A stretch of DNA of 64,000 nucleotides from Gammaproteobacteria bacterium (GTDB lineage: Bacteria; Pseudomonadota; Gammaproteobacteria; Eutrophobiales; Eutrophobiaceae). The stretch is from contig OZ250183.1 in assembly GCA_965238225.1 (NCBI GenBank), positions 1,504,001 to 1,568,000 of the forward strand. The letters are read 5' to 3'. This document shows, piece after piece, positions 14,662 to 24,498 of this stretch (the first letter of the stretch is position 1; each line of letters begins with the position of its first letter). Under the pieces are notes generated by a model. The model searched no databases, had not been told where the DNA came from, and saw only the letters and a list, made by a program, of their open reading frames with translations. The translations under genes and the position numbers were made by a program.

Positions 14662-14691
14662 AAAAAAACCTCGTAATATACGAGGTTTTTT
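14662..14691 (+). terminator. Rho-independent terminator after the cold-shock gene
   Basis: AAAAAAACCTCGTA-ATA-TACGAGGTTTTTT inverted repeat with a T tract. Confidence 0.85.
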
Positions 14692-15024
14692 CATATAAAA
14701 CAAATACTTAAACAGATATATATTTAAGCGGCTTGGAATTTGTCATAAGTCAAAGATCCAACATATCTCCGCTGTATATCTTGTGCAGTATCTCTGCTTA
14801 GCAGCACTCAATGCTTTATCTACTATGTCTAGAATCTTTGAATATCTGCTAACATTTATGATTGATGGACTGTCTTACCTGATTATATGTTGCAATTTTC
14901 AGGTTTCAATTACGAGCAACCGTAACAGCATAGAATATTTTATTTGAAAACAATTAAGGTCGCTTTCTTTGGTTTAGGAAATATTTATGACCTAACGTGC
15001 ACTCTTAAGGAGCAAGTAATAAAA

Positions 15025-16068
15025 GTGGGTAATAAAATTTTAAAAGTGGGCATTGTTGGTGCGACTGGATATACTGGCGTTGAGTTGATGCGCCTTCTGA
15101 TTGGGCATAAACAAGCGAGTATCCACGCAGTGACCTCAAATAACGAAAAAGATAATTACGTAGCCAATATCTTCCCGAGTTTGTCTGGCCATCTGGATCT
15201 TAAATTCTCCGAGCATGACTCACCCAAATTGACTGAATGTGACGCAGTATTTTTTGCCACGCCACATGCGATATCAATGTACAAGATACCTAAACTATTG
15301 AATGCTAATGTAAAGATTATTGATTTGTCACCTGACTTTCGCCTGCAGGACGCTGGGAAATGGCAGCATTGGTATGGGGTTGAACATGCTGCACCGGAAT
15401 TATTAAAAGAAGCAGTCTATGGACTGCCTGAAATAAATCGCACTCAAATTTCCAAAGCTCGTCTAGTGGCCAACCCTGGGTGCTATCCAACGGCGGTTTC
15501 TCTTGGACTTTTGCCTTTGCTGGAAGAAGGTATTGTTGATTTAAATCTATTGATTGCTGATGCCAAATCAGGTGTTAGTGGTGCTGGGCGTAAGACAGCT
15601 GTGGCAAATCTTTTCAGTGAAGCCAGCGAAACCTTTAAGGCATACGATGTCTCTGGCCATCGGCATTTGCCAGAAATCTGTCAGATACTAAGTATTTATG
15701 CAAAAGAGGCAGTGGAAATAACTTTTGTGCCACACTTAGTGCCGATGGTAAGGGGTGTATTTGCTACGCTTTATGCGCGTTTGCAACAGATGGATATTGA
15801 TGTCACTGATATTTATAACAAGCGTTACATGAACGAACCATTTGTAGAAGTTCTGCCAAGTGGTTCACAACCTGATACCCGTGCAGTGCGAGGAACAAAC
15901 ATGTGCAAAATCTCAGTAAATCAATTGTGTGACAGTAACAAACTCGTAGTTTTATCTGTCATTGATAATCTTGTAAAAGGAGCCGCGGGCCAAGCGATTC
16001 AGAATATGAACATTATGTTTGATTTGGATGAGACATCAGGTCTTGATTGTCCAGCGATTTATCCATAA
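15025..16068 (+). CDS. argC: N-acetyl-gamma-glutamyl-phosphate reductase
   Basis: GIVGATGYTG, ANPGCYPT and DNLVKGAAGQA motifs. Start moved to the in-frame GTG at 15025, downstream of AAGGAG. Confidence 0.95.
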   Translation: MGNKILKVGIVGATGYTGVELMRLLIGHKQASIHAVTSNNEKDNYVANIFPSLSGHLDLKFSEHDSPKLTECDAVFFATPHAISMYKIPKLLNANVKIIDLSPDFRLQDAGKWQHWYGVEHAAPELLKEAVYGLPEINRTQISKARLVANPGCYPTAVSLGLLPLLEEGIVDLNLLIADAKSGVSGAGRKTAVANLFSEASETFKAYDVSGHRHLPEICQILSIYAKEAVEITFVPHLVPMVRGVFATLYARLQQMDIDVTDIYNKRYMNEPFVEVLPSGSQPDTRAVRGTNMCKISVNQLCDSNKLVVLSVIDNLVKGAAGQAIQNMNIMFDLDETSGLDCPAIYP

Positions 16069-16134
16069 ATATGATCGCTTTAAAATTCTCTTATTATAAT
16101 GACGAACTTTCTGAAATATAGAGTTGTTTAAAAC

Positions 16135-16875
16135 GTGAGCTTCCCAAAAAAACTCGTAATTAAGCGTCATAAGCCTCTGCATATTTTTGCTGTAATTGTT
16201 ATTTCTTGTTCAGTGGCAACTACTGCCATATGGGTTTTTCTTGACGAGAGTCAATGGTCATATATTAAATCTGGCCTATTTGAAGCGAAAAAAAATAAGA
16301 AATTATGGCAAAAAAATCAGGTAATGGACGATACGATTATAAAGTTAGAAAAACGTATTGTTATGCTCGAAAGGACAGTCCGATTAGAAAAACAAACTAT
16401 CACAAATCTTCAGAAAGAAATAATCAAGCGACAAGATGAAGTTTATGATCTGAAAAAGGAGCTTGAGTTTTATCAAGGGATCATGGCTTCGGCAAGTGAA
16501 GTCCGAGGCTTAAGCGTACAAGGATTGCGCATTGAAGCAACATCACAACCCAGAAGTTACTACTTCAATCTTATATTAACTCATGTTTCAAAGAGTGATA
16601 CAATGGTGGCAGGTAGATTGACGATATTGTTGGAGGGTGTCCAGGGTAATATCCCCAAAACTATTGATATAAGAGAACTGACGCTATCTAGATCATTGTC
16701 GTTATTCTTTAAAATTAACAGTTTTGAACGCATTAAAGGTAGCATTACACTGCCTGAGGGGTTTGTTGTACATAGAGTAATCGTCCAAGCTCGTCAGGAA
16801 GGCAAAAAAACGAATCCTCAAATAGAGCGTATTTTTAACTGGACAGAAGCGATGACGTATCAGGATGTTATTTAG
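16135..16875 (+). CDS. Membrane-anchored coiled-coil protein (DUF6776-like)
   Basis: TM helix, coiled coil and ELEFYQGIM; conserved position between argC and the bactofilin gene. Confidence 0.7.
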   Translation: MSFPKKLVIKRHKPLHIFAVIVISCSVATTAIWVFLDESQWSYIKSGLFEAKKNKKLWQKNQVMDDTIIKLEKRIVMLERTVRLEKQTITNLQKEIIKRQDEVYDLKKELEFYQGIMASASEVRGLSVQGLRIEATSQPRSYYFNLILTHVSKSDTMVAGRLTILLEGVQGNIPKTIDIRELTLSRSLSLFFKINSFERIKGSITLPEGFVVHRVIVQARQEGKKTNPQIERIFNWTEAMTYQDVI

Positions 16876-16891
16876 ACAGGAGAGATTTTAG

Positions 16892-17338
16892 ATGTTTGGC
16901 GAGAGTAAAAACAAAAAAACTACACGGATGGATACCTTGATTGGCTCTCAAAACGAAATATCCGGCGATATAAACTTCTCTGGTGGATTGTATATTGAAG
17001 GCATAGTAAAAGGCAATGTCACTGCAAAAAATGATAATAAATCATTAATTCATCTAAGTGAGACCGGGGTCATTAAAGGTGAGGTCAGGGCGCCTTTTGT
17101 TACATTGAATGGTACTGTGGATGGGGATGTACATGGCGGAGTTCAGGTTCAGCTTGCACCAAAGGCGCGTATCTCAGGGAATGTATACTATAATTTAATC
17201 GAGATGTCTATAGGCGCAGAGCTAAATGGTAGACTTGTGCATGTACAACGTTCTGACGATGCACCGTTAGCACTAGGCCACACAAATCCTTTGGATGAAA
17301 CGGAATGCTTGGGTGAACCGGATGTAGATTTAGAATAG
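16892..17338 (+). CDS. Bactofilin (polymer-forming cytoskeletal protein)
   Basis: DTLIG...I.GDI.FSGGL.IEG.V.GNV beta-helix repeats. Confidence 0.9.
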   Translation: MFGESKNKKTTRMDTLIGSQNEISGDINFSGGLYIEGIVKGNVTAKNDNKSLIHLSETGVIKGEVRAPFVTLNGTVDGDVHGGVQVQLAPKARISGNVYYNLIEMSIGAELNGRLVHVQRSDDAPLALGHTNPLDETECLGEPDVDLE

Positions 17339-17360
17339 TAACTTACATAGTGAAAATGAT

Positions 17361-17762
17361 ATGAATACAAGACAAGAAAAAGAAGTTCAAGAAAAAGTTG
17401 CTTTTGCTAAAATTGCAGAAGATGAGGATATGCCTGATCCATTATTGTTTACTGATCAGGCAGCAGCAAAAGTAAAATCATTAATTGAGGAAGAAAATAA
17501 CAACGCACTGATGCTAAGAGTCTTTGTTAGCGGCGGTGGTTGTTCTGGTTTTCAGTATGGCTTTACTTTTGATGAAAGTATTATAGACGGTGATACAATC
17601 ATTGAAAATGGTGGTGTGAAATTGCTTATTGATCCAATGAGTTTTCAGTATTTGGTTGGTGGTGAGATTGATTATACTGAAGGTCTAGAAGGTGCTCAAT
17701 TCGTTATACGTAATCCTAACGCAACCACAACCTGTGGTTGTGGATCATCTTTTTCAGTTTAA
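17361..17762 (+). CDS. erpA: Fe-S cluster insertion protein ErpA
   Basis: GGGCSGFQY and [14 protein letters not shown] motifs; the true start may be the later MPDPLLF. Confidence 0.95.
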   Translation: MNTRQEKEVQEKVAFAKIAEDEDMPDPLLFTDQAAAKVKSLIEEENNNALMLRVFVSGGGCSGFQYGFTFDESIIDGDTIIENGGVKLLIDPMSFQYLVGGEIDYTEGLEGAQFVIRNPNATTTCGCGSSFSV

Positions 17763-18874
17763 TGATTTGGGCGCATAGCATTGTAGATTGCTCCAAGTAT
17801 CACTGAATCATCAGCACCTGTTACTGAGGTCAAATTCCCAGATTGATTTTCCATGCGGCGTTTTGCTAGCCATGCGAATGCTGCTGCTTCGACAGCGTCA
17901 GGATTAAAACCAACTTTCTCAGTAGAATTTACCTCTGCTTTAGTTTGGAGGCAGCGCAGACGCTGCATCATAGTTTTATTATGTACGCCACCTCCGCAAA
18001 CCAGAATTTCATTATAATCTGGCGCATGGTTTTTTATAGCATCACTAATAGTCACAGCACTAAACTCAAGTAGCGTTGCCTGCACATCATTTAGATCAAT
18101 AGATTTTTCTAACTGTGATAATTTATTCTCAAGCCATTGAAGATTGAAAAAATCTTTACCAGAGCTCTTCGGTGGAGAAGTCTCAAAATAGGCTTCATTA
18201 AGTAATAAAGAAAGTAATTCTTGATTGCATTGTCCTTGCTTTGCCCATTTGCCATCCTTATCAAAATCCTCGGCAAGATACCGCTGCACCCATTCATTCA
18301 TCAGTGTATTTCCAGGGCCTGTATCAAACCCTGTAATGGCAGTCTTACTGCCGTCGGGAAGCAGTGTGATATTAGCTATACCACCAATATTCAAAATGAC
18401 TCTCTTACTTCCTTCTCTTTGGAATAGCCACTGATGAAATGCAGAAGCCAGTGGCGCACCTTCTCCACCTGCGGCAATATCCATGCGTCGGAAGTCTGCG
18501 ACAGTAGTAATGCCTGTTTTATAAGCAATAATATTTGCATCGCCAATCTGTAAAGTGCGCGGATATTTATCGTAAGGTAAATGCAAAACTGTTTGTCCAT
18601 GACTCCCAATGGCATGGATATCTTCTGCTGATAGATTGCCTGATTCAATAATTCTTAGTGAGGCTTCCGTAAAAAGATTCCCCATAATGACGTCAATTTT
18701 TGATATCTCACTCAGGGTAGATTCAGTGTTGATAGACCTTATGGTCTGTTGAATATTTTTTGGAATGGGAGTTTGTTGATACTGAATCAGTTTTAACTCA
18801 TGTGCAACAATATCAACTAGGGCTGCATCAATCGCATCCATACTGGTGCCTGACATTAACCCTATATAAAACAC
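17759..18874 (-). CDS. anmK: Anhydro-N-acetylmuramic acid kinase
   Basis: [23 protein letters not shown] and FDTGPGN motifs. Confidence 0.96.
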   Translation of the reverse strand: MFYIGLMSGTSMDAIDAALVDIVAHELKLIQYQQTPIPKNIQQTIRSINTESTLSEISKIDVIMGNLFTEASLRIIESGNLSAEDIHAIGSHGQTVLHLPYDKYPRTLQIGDANIIAYKTGITTVADFRRMDIAAGGEGAPLASAFHQWLFQREGSKRVILNIGGIANITLLPDGSKTAITGFDTGPGNTLMNEWVQRYLAEDFDKDGKWAKQGQCNQELLSLLLNEAYFETSPPKSSGKDFFNLQWLENKLSQLEKSIDLNDVQATLLEFSAVTISDAIKNHAPDYNEILVCGGGVHNKTMMQRLRCLQTKAEVNSTEKVGFNPDAVEAAAFAWLAKRRMENQSGNLTSVTGADDSVILGAIYNAMRPNH

Positions 18875-18889
18875 GGCTTTATCAAAATA

Positions 18890-20037
18890 TTAATTAGTGG
18901 ACGAAAATAAGCGCGCTTCTTCATTCAGGATAATAATGGGGCTAACGATAGCAGATTTTATTTGTTTGCCGTCGACTGCAAGCATCGTATTATTTGTAAT
19001 AGTATTAAGCAATGTCAGTAAAGGTTTGGTTTGTGACTTACATTCATCCATCAAATCATCAGGGCTTTCGTTCAGCCTTCGGCAATTCTACCGTTAAAAG
19101 GTTTCGATGCACACCATTAACTCTAAATGCATAATGCAGATGTGCTCCTGTGCCCAGACTTGTCATACCGACATAGCTAATAATTTTCTCCTGTTTTACG
19201 TGCTTTCCTCTTTTTATGTCTCATGCATAGCGCGAAAGATGGCCATAGAGTGTTGTATATTGACCACCATGCTGAATGATAATCACCTTTCCAGAACCTC
19301 CTTTTATTGCAGCGAGTTTATTACGTCATCGCCTGATGCTTTGACTGAAGCACCTGTGGATGCTACGTAATCGACACCTTTATGCGCGCGAATCCTATTT
19401 AAAACTGGATGCTTTCTTATTAAATTAAAACGAGAGCTTATTCTAGAGAATTCGACGGGCATCCTCAGGAAAGCCCTGCGCATACTATTACCATTTTCAT
19501 CGTAATAGTCCGAATGCCCATCAGCATGTGTGTAGCGAGGCAGATGTGAAAGATTTTCCATGGTTGATAAATCCTGCGGTTAAGATGGAGCCATCCCGAA
19601 CTTTTTTGCCATCTACATAGCGCTCTTCATAGACAACATGAAACTTATCTCCTTGCCGGCTCCCATGGCGAAGTCGATTTCCAGCCATATAAGATTTCTC
19701 ATTTGCATGATCATACTGTCTGAGAGGCCAGATTTTTTCCCAGCCAGAAATAAAGATCCATCGATTATGCCACTTGCTGTTTTTATTTTTCTCTCCAGTT
19801 CTTTTTCTAATAGATCCGCTGAATAAATATTCTCAGTTTTTTTGACATAATGCCAAAGAATGGTCTCGGTCAAGCACGAAAGAATTTGATGTCTTCGTGC
19901 GCGTGGTGGTATAGAAAATGGCACTGGCAAGTACAAATACGACGACGAATAAACAAAGAAAAGGAAGTTTTGCGATGAATGATTCTTCGATCATCTCTAA
20001 TCTTATAGTCTTTCTTTATATAGTGTTTATAAGTCAC
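18890..20037 (-). pseudogene. Peptidoglycan DD-endopeptidase (M23/MepM-like) pseudogene
   Basis: Fragments in several frames: RAFLRMPVEFSRISSRF..RAHKGVDY, HGGQYTTLYGHL and GAHLHY. Sits in the usual anmK-M23-tyrS position. Confidence 0.85.
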
Positions 20038-20183
20038 AGTGTTAATTCAAAAAAATTTCCTAACCCTAGCGTGTGGCAATAAGTCGTCAATGCCATTCTA
20101 CTATCGGAGAGGCGATATAAATATGATAGGCTTGCGCATTACTGACTAATTTCCAAAAATATCCTTAGCAACAGGCATTAAAC

Positions 20184-21410
20184 ATGACATCAACTGAAGA
20201 AGCATTGGCTTTGATTAAACGCGGTACAGATGAGATTTTATTGGAATCTGAACTGCTTAAAAAGTTGGAAGAAAACAGACCGCTCAGGGTTAAAGCAGGC
20301 TTCGATCCAACAGCACCAGATATACATCTAGGACATACTGTGCTGATTAATAAGCTATACCAATTTCAAAAACTGGGACACGAAATCTTGTTTTTGATTG
20401 GAGATTTTACCGGCATGATTGGCGATCCAAGTGGTAAAAACAGCGCACGTCCTACAATGACTCCAGAAAACATTAAAGTCAACGCTAAAACATACAAAGA
20501 ACAAGTGTTTAAAATACTAGATCCAAAAAAAACTAGGGTAATGTTTAATTCACAGTGGATGTCAAGCTTTAACGCAGCAGACATGGTACAGCTGGCAGCA
20601 AAATATACCGTTGCTCGCATGTTGGAAAGAGACGATTTTTCTAAACGCTACAAAAGTGGTCGAGCAATTGCGATACATGAATTTTTATATCCGCTGATAC
20701 AAGGATACGATTCTGTAGCTATGCAGGCAGATGTAGAGCTTGGGGGGACAGATCAAAAGTTTAATTTGTTGGTAGGTCGTGAACTACAAAAACAATACGG
20801 ACAGGCTCCTCAAGTTATTTTGACTATACCTATATTGGAAGGGCTGGATGGCATACAAAAAATGTCCAAATCCTTGAATAACTATATCGGAATCAATGAA
20901 GCGCCCAATGAAATGTTTGGTAAATTGATGTCAGTTTCTGATGAATTGATGTGGCGCTATTTTGAATTGCTTAGTGTTAGATCTTTGGATGAAATTAATC
21001 ACTTCAAAAAAAAGGTTGATGAAGGAGAAAACCCGAGAGATATTAAATTTTTGTTAGCATTAGAAATTGTTTCCCGCTTTCATTCTAAAAAACTAGCCCG
21101 GCAGGCACAGGCTGAATTTATCGCTCGCTTTCAAAAAGGTGTAATGCCAGATGAGATGCCAGAAATAGCCCTAGAGTCAAAGACCGAAGGTTTGCCAATT
21201 GGCACGCTCCTGAAAGACTCTGGTTTAACAAAAAGCACATCAGAGGCCTTCAGAATGATAAGTCAAGGTGCGGTCAAGATTGACGGATATCGCATAGAGG
21301 ATAGAAATCATCTAATAGAAACTGGCGGGTCATATGTTATTCAGATCGGTAAAAGAAAATTTGCCAAAGTTACAGTATCTACAGACACAATAAGACGAAG
21401 GTCATCCTAA
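20184..21410 (+). CDS. tyrS: Tyrosine--tRNA ligase
   Basis: [13 protein letters not shown] (HIGH), KMSKS and a C-terminal S4 domain. Confidence 0.98.
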   Translation: MTSTEEALALIKRGTDEILLESELLKKLEENRPLRVKAGFDPTAPDIHLGHTVLINKLYQFQKLGHEILFLIGDFTGMIGDPSGKNSARPTMTPENIKVNAKTYKEQVFKILDPKKTRVMFNSQWMSSFNAADMVQLAAKYTVARMLERDDFSKRYKSGRAIAIHEFLYPLIQGYDSVAMQADVELGGTDQKFNLLVGRELQKQYGQAPQVILTIPILEGLDGIQKMSKSLNNYIGINEAPNEMFGKLMSVSDELMWRYFELLSVRSLDEINHFKKKVDEGENPRDIKFLLALEIVSRFHSKKLARQAQAEFIARFQKGVMPDEMPEIALESKTEGLPIGTLLKDSGLTKSTSEAFRMISQGAVKIDGYRIEDRNHLIETGGSYVIQIGKRKFAKVTVSTDTIRRRSS

Positions 21411-21469
21411 AAGGCGGTCAGTCCAATCAATAATCCGCCTAATACGTTACCGCCCTGCTCAAGAAGGCG

Positions 21470-22499
21470 TTTATCTCGTCGGCACAGATAGTACTGGTAT
21501 TTCCCAGACTTTTTTTACAATTGGTATTATTTATCTGATAGTCATGTTATGTGCAGCGTTTGGCTATCGTGTTCCTCCTGATGGCTGGAAACCCGAAGGC
21601 TGGGTGCCCCCCGAAAGAAGGCGAGCATCATAGGTAAATGATCACCACGCATCATGTTCATATCAATGAGGCACTTAAAACCAAACAATTTTATCAACTA
21701 TGGGTAATCCTCTGTTTCAATGTTACCGCTGGAATTGGCGTTCTGGCCGTGGCCAAGACCATGATGACAGATATTTTTGGCAGAACTTTACCTGATTTGG
21801 TTGACCTAGAGTTTGCGGAAACTTATGTCTTGATGATAAGTGCCTTTAATATGGTGGGTCGTTTTTTCTGGGCCAGTGCCTCGGATTATCTTGGGCGCAA
21901 GACGACCTATTACATATTCTTTGTCTCAGGGGATCATATTATATTACTCTATTCCATACACAGCAGCACAGGTTAGTGTGAATCCATCTGTTATCTGGCT
22001 GGTATATTTTTATGCAGCTACGATGTTAATTTTTACCATGTACGGGGTGGCTTTGCCACCATACCAGCCTACTTGGCAGATATATTTGGAACCCAAGTTT
22101 GTTGGTGGCATACACGGCAGATTATTAACCGCATGGGCAAGTGCTGGTGTTTTTGGCCCAGTTGCTATTACGTCATTACGTGAAATTTCCGTGAAAAATG
22201 CAATAAATGATCTGGCATCCAAACTTGATCCTCTGAAGTTTCAGACCAAATCTGGTGCGGATATTGAACATCTCCAAACCCTGATTGATGTAAAAACAGT
22301 GACCATTGCAAAACTCATGGAAATAGTACCTACTGGCACGGTAAACCCAACATCAAGTTTATACAACACCGCTATGTACTTGATGGCAGTAGTGCTTTTT
22401 ATCACCTTACTGACCAATGCGTTTATGCATCCAGTTGATGCAAAACATCATATGAAAAACATGATGATTAAGGAAACAAAATTGTGTCAATACCTCTAA
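21470..22499 (+). pseudogene. OFA-family (oxalate/formate antiporter-like) MFS transporter remnant, 5'-truncated and frameshifted
   Basis: Pieces YRVPPDGWKPEGW, ALKTKQFYQLW..NVTAGIG, GRFFWASASDYLGRK, GGFATIPAYLADIFG and GGIHGRLLTAW lie in different frames. Confidence 0.85.
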
Positions 22500-23031
22500 A
22501 CAAGTGCCACAGACGTATTTATCTCTATCATTTTCTGATCCATCTATGCTTGCAATATATTATGCATTTTTGGCGATGTTGCGACTCGAGGAGACGGCAT
22601 CAAAGGAATGAGCTTCCCGCTATTGTTTATAATTGCAGGGACATTGACCTTAATAAAAGGCGTTTATTTAACACTTGCCATCTGGCCAATTGCTTATGTT
22701 GTCCGGTTTTTTATTAGGCCTGAAGTAGAAATCGAACTCACCGACCAGAGTCACGCAACATTAGCTACGCTTCTTAATACTGATCAATAATTGTGTTAAA
22801 ATTTGACTCAACGATCATTTTATTTGCATATAAATTTTAGCTTCATGCGTTGCGTTACTATCTATAATCCATACTGAATATCCATTTTATTCTTAAATTT
22901 TTCTTGCGTTTTCTATTTTTAATGAGGGATAAAAATTTTACTTTCTATTTCTTTACTTTTTTTAAAACCGTCTTAAGTCTACTATTATGTTTATTAAATA
23001 AATTCTGTAATGAAAATATTAAAGAATTAAA

Positions 23032-24387
23032 ATGAATGATAACGTAAATAATAAAACCTCAACCATAAAGAGTTGGCGTGATGCATGCTCTGTCTACAAA
23101 AATTCTCGTGTAATAGGTATGATTTTTCTTGGTTTTTCTGCAGGCCTGCCTTTTCTACTGGTATTTTCAACTTTGTCTGCATGGTTAAGAGATGAGGGCG
23201 TCACAAGAACAACAATTGGATTTTTTAGCTGGGTAGGCATTACGTACTCTATTAAAGTGTGTTGGGCTCCAATCGTAGATCGCTTACCAATTCCTTGGTT
23301 GACAAATAAATTAGGCAAACGTCGTTCATGGATGTTATGTGCGCAAATTTTGATTGCTGGCGGTCTGCTTGGAATGGCTGGCAGTGAGCCTGAAACACAG
23401 TTAGTCGTTATCGCTATTTATGCAGTGATTGTTGCATTTGGCTCAGCGACGCAGGACATCACCATTGATGCCTATAGAATTGAAGCAGTAGATGGTGAGT
23501 ATCAGGGCGTGATGGCGGCAACCTATGTCTTTGGTTACCGTTTGGCATTACTGGTTGCTGGTGCAGGAGTTTTTTATATTGCGGAATGGCAATCTTGGAG
23601 TTATGCATATGTAACAATGGCAACACTAATATCGATAGGCATGGTGACTACTTTAGTCATTTCTGAGCCCTTACATCGAATCAATACAATTGCTGAAAAA
23701 GTAGATAAACAACTAGAATCAAGTTTTGGTTTGAGCGATCAAGGTCATTTCTCTGAAAAGATAGGACGTTGGTTTATAGGTGCAGTGATCAGTCCTTTTG
23801 TTGAGTTTTTTAAACGCAATGACCGTATGGCACTAGTTATTTTGTTATTTATTGCCACATATAAGTTAAGTGATATCACAATGGGGGTTATGGCAAATCC
23901 ATTTTATCTGGATCTTGGATTTAGTAAAACAGAAATTGCAAATGTGGTAAAGATATTCGGTTTTTTTATGACCATATTCGGTGCTGCGCTTGGCGGTATT
24001 TTTGTAACTAGATACGGTGTTGAAAAGCCGTTGATATTTGGCTCAATCATGATAATACTAACAAACTTGTTATTTGTATTTTTGGCAATCTCTGAGCCAA
24101 ATATCTCCACACTGGCAATAGTTATTTCTGCTGATAACTTCAGTGGCGGTTTTGCAACGTCAGCTTTTATTGCCTATCTATCTGGCATGACAAACAAAGC
24201 ATATTCAGCGACTCAATATGCGTTGTTTAGCTCGCTGACAACTTTACCAGCAAAAGTTATCGGCGGGTTTTCTGGCATCGCTGTTGACGCAGCTGGTTAT
24301 GCATATTTTTTCCTATATGCAGGATTGCTCGGAGTTCCTGCTTTACTGCTGATTATCTATATTTTTTATCACCGTAATACTTCATAA
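23032..24387 (+). CDS. ampG: AmpG-family muropeptide MFS permease
   Basis: LGFSAGLP, WAPIVD, GKRRSW, SATQDI.IDAYRIE and ATQYALFSS motifs. Confidence 0.92.
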   Translation: MNDNVNNKTSTIKSWRDACSVYKNSRVIGMIFLGFSAGLPFLLVFSTLSAWLRDEGVTRTTIGFFSWVGITYSIKVCWAPIVDRLPIPWLTNKLGKRRSWMLCAQILIAGGLLGMAGSEPETQLVVIAIYAVIVAFGSATQDITIDAYRIEAVDGEYQGVMAATYVFGYRLALLVAGAGVFYIAEWQSWSYAYVTMATLISIGMVTTLVISEPLHRINTIAEKVDKQLESSFGLSDQGHFSEKIGRWFIGAVISPFVEFFKRNDRMALVILLFIATYKLSDITMGVMANPFYLDLGFSKTEIANVVKIFGFFMTIFGAALGGIFVTRYGVEKPLIFGSIMIILTNLLFVFLAISEPNISTLAIVISADNFSGGFATSAFIAYLSGMTNKAYSATQYALFSSLTTLPAKVIGGFSGIAVDAAGYAYFFLYAGLLGVPALLLIIYIFYHRNTS

Positions 24388-24498
24388 CCACAGCACCACT
24401 TACTTGACTGAAGGCCAAACTAAAGAGTTTCTAAGAGAAATCAAGAACTGTGGAGAGAAATATTTACACTAATGCAGTTTTCTGTATTGCGTACTAGA

